Made by a program: the position numbers and the translations under genes
Notes under the pieces: model-generated
Seen by the model: the letters and a program-made list of their open reading frames with translations, nothing else
Databases searched by the model: none
Told to the model about the DNA's origin: nothing
Virus record (IMG/VR): IMGVR_UViG_3300032038_000001
Span: 128,001 to 192,000 of that record
Length of the DNA: 64,000 nt
From: a virus
Taxonomy: Duplodnaviria > Caudoviricetes
Reading direction: 5' to 3' (one strand)
Shown: piece after piece, positions 59,456 through 64,000 of the stretch
Layout: every line of letters starts with the position of its first letter
How positions within the stretch are numbered: the stretch's first letter is position 1

Positions 59456-61258
59456 TTATTTGTTGATTTTCTTTGTTTTGGTAAGAAGTTTAAATATTAA
59501 CTGAACAGAAACTACTAAATTTTGATAAAAGAGCAATGATTGAATATACGAGTTGGTTTCAAATTTAATCATCATATAATCATATGCTAAATCCTTAACT
59601 TCTCTTAATTTAGAAACTGCTGTTTTTACAATCTGATTAACTGCTAAGTCATCTTTGATATTTGTATCAAGTTTTGATATGTAGTTATCTATTGCATTGT
59701 AAAGTGACATATATTCTCTGAAAAGATTGTACTTTCTAGTTGTATCATATTCCAAACCAGGTTTTTTCTTTTCATTATTTTGAGCAGCTTGAACTGTATT
59801 ATTTGGATTTGTTCCTGTTCCATTAAAATTTGTATCTGTTTGGCTAGCATCATTATTTTGATTATCATCATTCATCGGTTGGATATCGCCAGATGCATTA
59901 TCAGTATTATTATTAAAATTTGTATCTTGAGTATTTTGGTTTTCACCATTTGTTGTTTGGTCATTGCTTTGTGATTGATTTTCATTATTCGCATCTTGAT
60001 CATCGTTCATAGGTTCTATATCACCAGTTGCATTATTATCGGTAGCTTGATCGTCTTGATTCTCATTATCATTCTGATTATTATCATCAATTGGTTGGAT
60101 ATCACCGGATGCATCAGATGAGTCATCAGAACCACTGGAATCATTATTTGTTGGGTCTTCTTCTGATGTGGTATCATCTTCTATTGGTTGAATATCACCA
60201 GTATTATCAGAAGCATCGTCTTCCAATGGTTCAATGTTATTAGAATCAGTTCCATCATCAATAGGTTTAATATCGTTAGTGGTATCATCTTCTATTGGTT
60301 GTATATCACCAGTATCATCAGACGTATTATCTTCCAATGGTTCAATGTCATCAGAACCGGTTTCATCATCAATAGGTTTAATATCGTTAGTGGTATCATC
60401 TTCTATTGGTTGAATATCACCAGTATCATCAGAAGCATCGTCTTCCAACGGTTCAATGTTATTAGAATCAGTTCCATCATCAATAGGTTCAATTTCCACA
60501 TCAGATGAGTTATCAATAGGTTCGATATCATTAGTAGTGCTATCATCTTCTATTGGTTCAATATCATCATCATCGGAGACATCGTCTTCTATTGGTTGAA
60601 TATCACCATCATCAGATGTATCATCTTCCAAAGGTTCAATGTCATCAGAATCAGTCGCATCATCAATATGTTCAATTTCGACATCAGATGAGTCATCAAT
60701 AGGTTTGATATCGTTAGTAGTGCTATCATCCTCTATTGGTTCAATATCATCATCAGATGTATCATCTTCCAATGGTTCAATGTCTGATATATCATCATCA
60801 CTAATAGGTTCGATGTCAGCTATATCCATTGAATCGATATCTTCCAAATTATCTTCGTTTTCATCATCTAATGGTTCAATATCATTGATATGTTTATCAT
60901 CATTTTTATTAGATTTTTTTTGTGGTTTCTTTTTTTTAGTCTTCTTCTTTTTAGGTTTAGGAATTTTTGGGATATCTTTGATATCAACATCATAATCGTC
61001 TTCGTCTAATTCCGCAATATCCAGATCAATAGGAAGTTCATCATCTTCCAAATCCATATCAGATAAGTCCACATTAAATTCCAAATCATCTATTTCATCA
61101 TCGGTAATATCTATTGATGATAATAAGTCTATATCATCTTGTCTTTTCTTCGTTTCAATAAATATTTCCTGTGTATCTGGTATTGTATTGACACTTTCAT
61201 CAGCTAGAAAATATTTACCATATTTGTTGTTTATCCTTTTAGGAGTTTTGAGCAACAA
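59456..61258 (-). CDS. highly acidic repeat protein (scaffold/internal-head candidate)
   Basis: More than 20 DI[EQK]P[ILM][ED]D repeats; folded-looking C-terminal ~100 aa; immediately upstream of the capsid gene. Confidence 0.7.
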   Translation of the reverse strand: MLLKTPKRINNKYGKYFLADESVNTIPDTQEIFIETKKRQDDIDLLSSIDITDDEIDDLEFNVDLSDMDLEDDELPIDLDIAELDEDDYDVDIKDIPKIPKPKKKKTKKKKPQKKSNKNDDKHINDIEPLDDENEDNLEDIDSMDIADIEPISDDDISDIEPLEDDTSDDDIEPIEDDSTTNDIKPIDDSSDVEIEHIDDATDSDDIEPLEDDTSDDGDIQPIEDDVSDDDDIEPIEDDSTTNDIEPIDNSSDVEIEPIDDGTDSNNIEPLEDDASDDTGDIQPIEDDTTNDIKPIDDETGSDDIEPLEDNTSDDTGDIQPIEDDTTNDIKPIDDGTDSNNIEPLEDDASDNTGDIQPIEDDTTSEEDPTNNDSSGSDDSSDASGDIQPIDDNNQNDNENQDDQATDNNATGDIEPMNDDQDANNENQSQSNDQTTNGENQNTQDTNFNNNTDNASGDIQPMNDDNQNNDASQTDTNFNGTGTNPNNTVQAAQNNEKKKPGLEYDTTRKYNLFREYMSLYNAIDNYISKLDTNIKDDLAVNQIVKTAVSKLREVKDLAYDYMMIKFETNSYIQSLLFYQNLVVSVQLIFKLLTKTKKINK

Positions 61259-61272
61259 CTTTCATCACCCCT

Positions 61273-63132
61273 TTATACATATTTACTATTCATTCTTACA
61301 CGAACTCTTTCAGCTTCAAGAGCTGATTTAATTCTCATGAGCTTATACTTTTCAGCATTATCTCCATTAGAACTTGCATCATTAATCTTTTCATCAGTAA
61401 TTTTGATTTCAGTATCAATATCTCTTACGAGTTGATTACGTATACGGGCATCTTTCTTTTTACTAAAATGACGGCAAATCTGAATAACTGGAATTAATGC
61501 TAAGTTAACTCTTGCAGCACCACCATACAGCGTTGCTAAACGTAAGTTACGTAAAGCTTTTTTCCTAAAACCCGGTTCTGACATATATTTCATACGTCGA
61601 TCATCATCTGCCTTATCTATTTTAGCAATTTGATCTTTTACATCATTCATTACATTTTTAGGAAGTTGAGTAACTGCCTTAGCCGCATTTCTAATTTCTT
61701 GCCCCTTTTGCTTTGCGACAGCACGTGATTTATTCTGTTTCACTTCAGCGTCCATAGCTTTAAATTGAACTTTATTAGCAAGATTCTTAGCCTTAGGTGC
61801 TTCAGGCTTGCTAGATAAAGATCTTATAGGACTACTACTAGTATCATCAGATTTATCGTTCACGCTATTTTTCTCAGACTTGTGCTCAGAGGCATTAGAT
61901 TTTTTTGATGCGTCACCGTCATCATTTATTTCTTTATCCATACTATCAATATCATCATCAGTAACATCTTCGTCATCACCGACAGGTTTTTCAGTAATAA
62001 TACCAGCAAATTCAGCAGTATCATTACACATTTCATTTATAATTCTAAATGCATCTTCAATGCTTGTATTTTCATTAAAGAATGAAAATCCTGTAATAGG
62101 TGCATTAACGTCATCACACATCTGATATTCAGATGTTATTATGTCTCTGACATATTCTAATACTTCCAAACGGATTCCATATCTTTCACGCTTATAATTA
62201 TTATTATCTTCTCTGAATAACTCCTCATCAATTTCATCATCAAAGATATTATTAACTGCTGAATTAGGACTTACATAATATGTTTCAACTGAATTAACTC
62301 TTTCAGTTATAATTTCATCAAGCTGTTCAATTATGTTTTCATTTGCTAATTCTGTGAATACTATTCTATCCATTGCTTTGGGAATATTCGATACTGCTTC
62401 TTGATATGCTTTATCAGCAAATAACTTAGAAACAATAACTGACTCATTTATCCTTGTAGCAGGATCAGTACTATTACCTTCAATTTTAGATATAGCTATT
62501 CCGGAAGCTGAAGAATTCGGAATAGCTTTATTAACAAAAGGAGCATAAGTTAGATTAGTTTCTTTATCTGAATTTCTAAATACAGTATCAAGTTCCTCTT
62601 TAGCTTCCTTGCACTTATTATTGTTATTTTCTTTAAGACCCATCTTATAATCAAATAACGCATTAGAAATCTTATTTGATACTTTATCTTCTATTTCGGG
62701 AGTTTTATCATCAACTCTTTGTGCAATAATAGTAGTATTCTTACACTCGTTCATTTTATTTACAAGCTTATCTCGTAAATCTGTATACATTTTTAGTTGT
62801 GCCGGATCCATATTGTCCCGATTTTCGTCAATATATCTATTAATTTTTTCAAGTTCAACTTCGTACTTTGGGAACATACAAAGTTCTTCATCTCCAGTAA
62901 TAATATCTGAATAAAATTCATAACCATAAAAAGGTTCAGCAAATATCATTCTTGAATTTTCTAATATGAAAGATAAAGGTTGATTCATATATAATTCAGA
63001 ATATTTTTGTGCTGTAGACTCATTAAAATCTTTCTTTAATTCATTATAACCGATAATAAGTCTCTTTTTAGGAGAACCGTTGAGAATCTTATCAGTATCT
63101 AAATATGCCATATAGTTCATTCCTTTCTTCAA
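61273..63132 (-). CDS. putative head/virion structural protein
   Basis: ~612-619 aa; AACA-N6-TA at 63155-63166. Confidence 0.65.
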   Translation of the reverse strand: MKKGMNYMAYLDTDKILNGSPKKRLIIGYNELKKDFNESTAQKYSELYMNQPLSFILENSRMIFAEPFYGYEFYSDIITGDEELCMFPKYEVELEKINRYIDENRDNMDPAQLKMYTDLRDKLVNKMNECKNTTIIAQRVDDKTPEIEDKVSNKISNALFDYKMGLKENNNNKCKEAKEELDTVFRNSDKETNLTYAPFVNKAIPNSSASGIAISKIEGNSTDPATRINESVIVSKLFADKAYQEAVSNIPKAMDRIVFTELANENIIEQLDEIITERVNSVETYYVSPNSAVNNIFDDEIDEELFREDNNNYKRERYGIRLEVLEYVRDIITSEYQMCDDVNAPITGFSFFNENTSIEDAFRIINEMCNDTAEFAGIITEKPVGDDEDVTDDDIDSMDKEINDDGDASKKSNASEHKSEKNSVNDKSDDTSSSPIRSLSSKPEAPKAKNLANKVQFKAMDAEVKQNKSRAVAKQKGQEIRNAAKAVTQLPKNVMNDVKDQIAKIDKADDDRRMKYMSEPGFRKKALRNLRLATLYGGAARVNLALIPVIQICRHFSKKKDARIRNQLVRDIDTEIKITDEKINDASSNGDNAEKYKLMRIKSALEAERVRVRMNSKYV

Positions 63133-63292
63133 AGATTTTATTATGAAATCAACTTAAATATTTGTTTTCAGTATATGTTTTTCATGAAAAATGTATACTT
63201 ATTTATTCTATTAAATATTATAAGATATGCATCTGAGAGGTACATAAAAGAAGAAGACAAGGAACCTTAGCGCCTTGTCTTCATATTCTTTT

Positions 63293-63940
63293 TTAAAATG
63301 CATCTATTAATATTGATTTTTTCCGTTTATTATTGTTATCTGTAAGAGCTCTTCTTTCAGACTTGTCTTTTGAATCTGCAACTACTTTTGCTGTCAATAA
63401 GTTCAATGCGGCTGTACCAAAACTATCTTTTTGTGCTTTACTAGCTTTTTGACCAGTTGCTTTAATAGCAGTATCCTGTTTTTTAATATGTTCAGCCATT
63501 GTACTCATTTTTTTATTAAACTGCTCTCTATCATTTTCATATGTTTTCTTTTGTTTTTCTAATGTTTCAACGGTTTGTCCAACTTTTCTTCCTAATTTTT
63601 TTAAAGTTTCTCTTGTACTTTTAACCGCATCATTCAACTGATCAAGTTGTCCGTTTGGACCATCTATTTTACTTAATCTACTATTTAATCTTTTAGTTCT
63701 AGACTCTAGATCATCAACGCGAGACTTAGTATCCTTTTGTGAATCGTTCAATTTATTCGTAGCTTTTGTTAATTGAGTAACTCTTCTTTTTAAGTCTTCG
63801 TTGTCATGTTTAAGACCATTTAATGTATCTTTGAGATCATTTACTTGTTGTTCATACATTTTTTTATTAGCATAATTATTAGCTAACCATATTCCTAAAC
63901 CAATACATGCTAAACATAAAACAATGGCTTTTTTAATCAT
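63293..63940 (-). CDS. coiled-coil protein with hydrophobic helix, may extend beyond window
   Basis: AIVLCLACIGLGIWLA followed by long heptad repeats; architecture like 47617..48345. Confidence 0.65.
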   Translation of the reverse strand: MIKKAIVLCLACIGLGIWLANNYANKKMYEQQVNDLKDTLNGLKHDNEDLKRRVTQLTKATNKLNDSQKDTKSRVDDLESRTKRLNSRLSKIDGPNGQLDQLNDAVKSTRETLKKLGRKVGQTVETLEKQKKTYENDREQFNKKMSTMAEHIKKQDTAIKATGQKASKAQKDSFGTAALNLLTAKVVADSKDKSERRALTDNNNKRKKSILIDAF

Positions 63941-64000
63941 TTTTTGTGTTTGTTTACTATCATTAATTGTTTTTTTTGCTTCATCTATATGCTGTTTTCT

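Noticed and set aside
1-64000. Stop-codon reassignment
   Set aside because: Long genes are intact in the standard code, TAG and TGA serve as real stops, and the interruptions are explained by introns
1-64000. tRNA, tmRNA or rRNA genes
   Set aside because: No cloverleaf or T-loop consensus recognised in intergenic regions by eye; tRNAscan/ARAGORN not run

Overview
AT-rich 64-kb segment of a lytic jumbo myophage of the AR9/PBS1/phiKZ-related type. It encodes its own multisubunit RNA polymerase, and the GH25 lysin and BspA-type LRR proteins suggest a Clostridia host, possibly Ruminococcus-like (inference). Core genes recognised from motifs: gp25-like and gp26-like baseplate proteins, GH25 endolysin, HAD nucleotidase, RNAP beta' N-terminal subunit split by two group I introns, DnaB-like helicase, N-terminal half of a split family-B DNA polymerase, portal, tail tube, tail sheath, a probable RNAP beta' C-terminal fragment, large terminase split by a third group I intron, and a probable major capsid protein. 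All three splice junctions were resolved by hand from P1/P10 pairing and restored motifs (RNPTLN, LPGLNADFDGD, GFHDD). Two phage promoter classes are readable: late-type AACA-N6-TA (about 15 exact copies at operon heads) and a fixed-spacing early-type CGTA-N17-TATATWHTAT-N4-GTGT. The best candidate for an undescribed system is a set of early-promoter-driven structured RNAs. One is a ~170-nt leader with compensatory base changes, a pseudoknot and an SD-in-loop hairpin, repeated in front of three unrelated genes (3.6-5.8 kb). Two are stand-alone pseudoknotted RNAs carrying a strong SD and an 8- or 13-codon mini-ORF (36.3 kb, 42.9 kb). Other notable items: a -1 frameshift signal ending the gp26-like gene, an apparently P9-less intron with its endonuclease in L1, an ATT-initiated triple NUMOD4-HNH endonuclease, a degenerate terminase paralog, and an adhesin-cassette island flanked by duplicated capsid-gene 3' ends. 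No database searches or folding programs were run; product calls rest on motifs and gene context.
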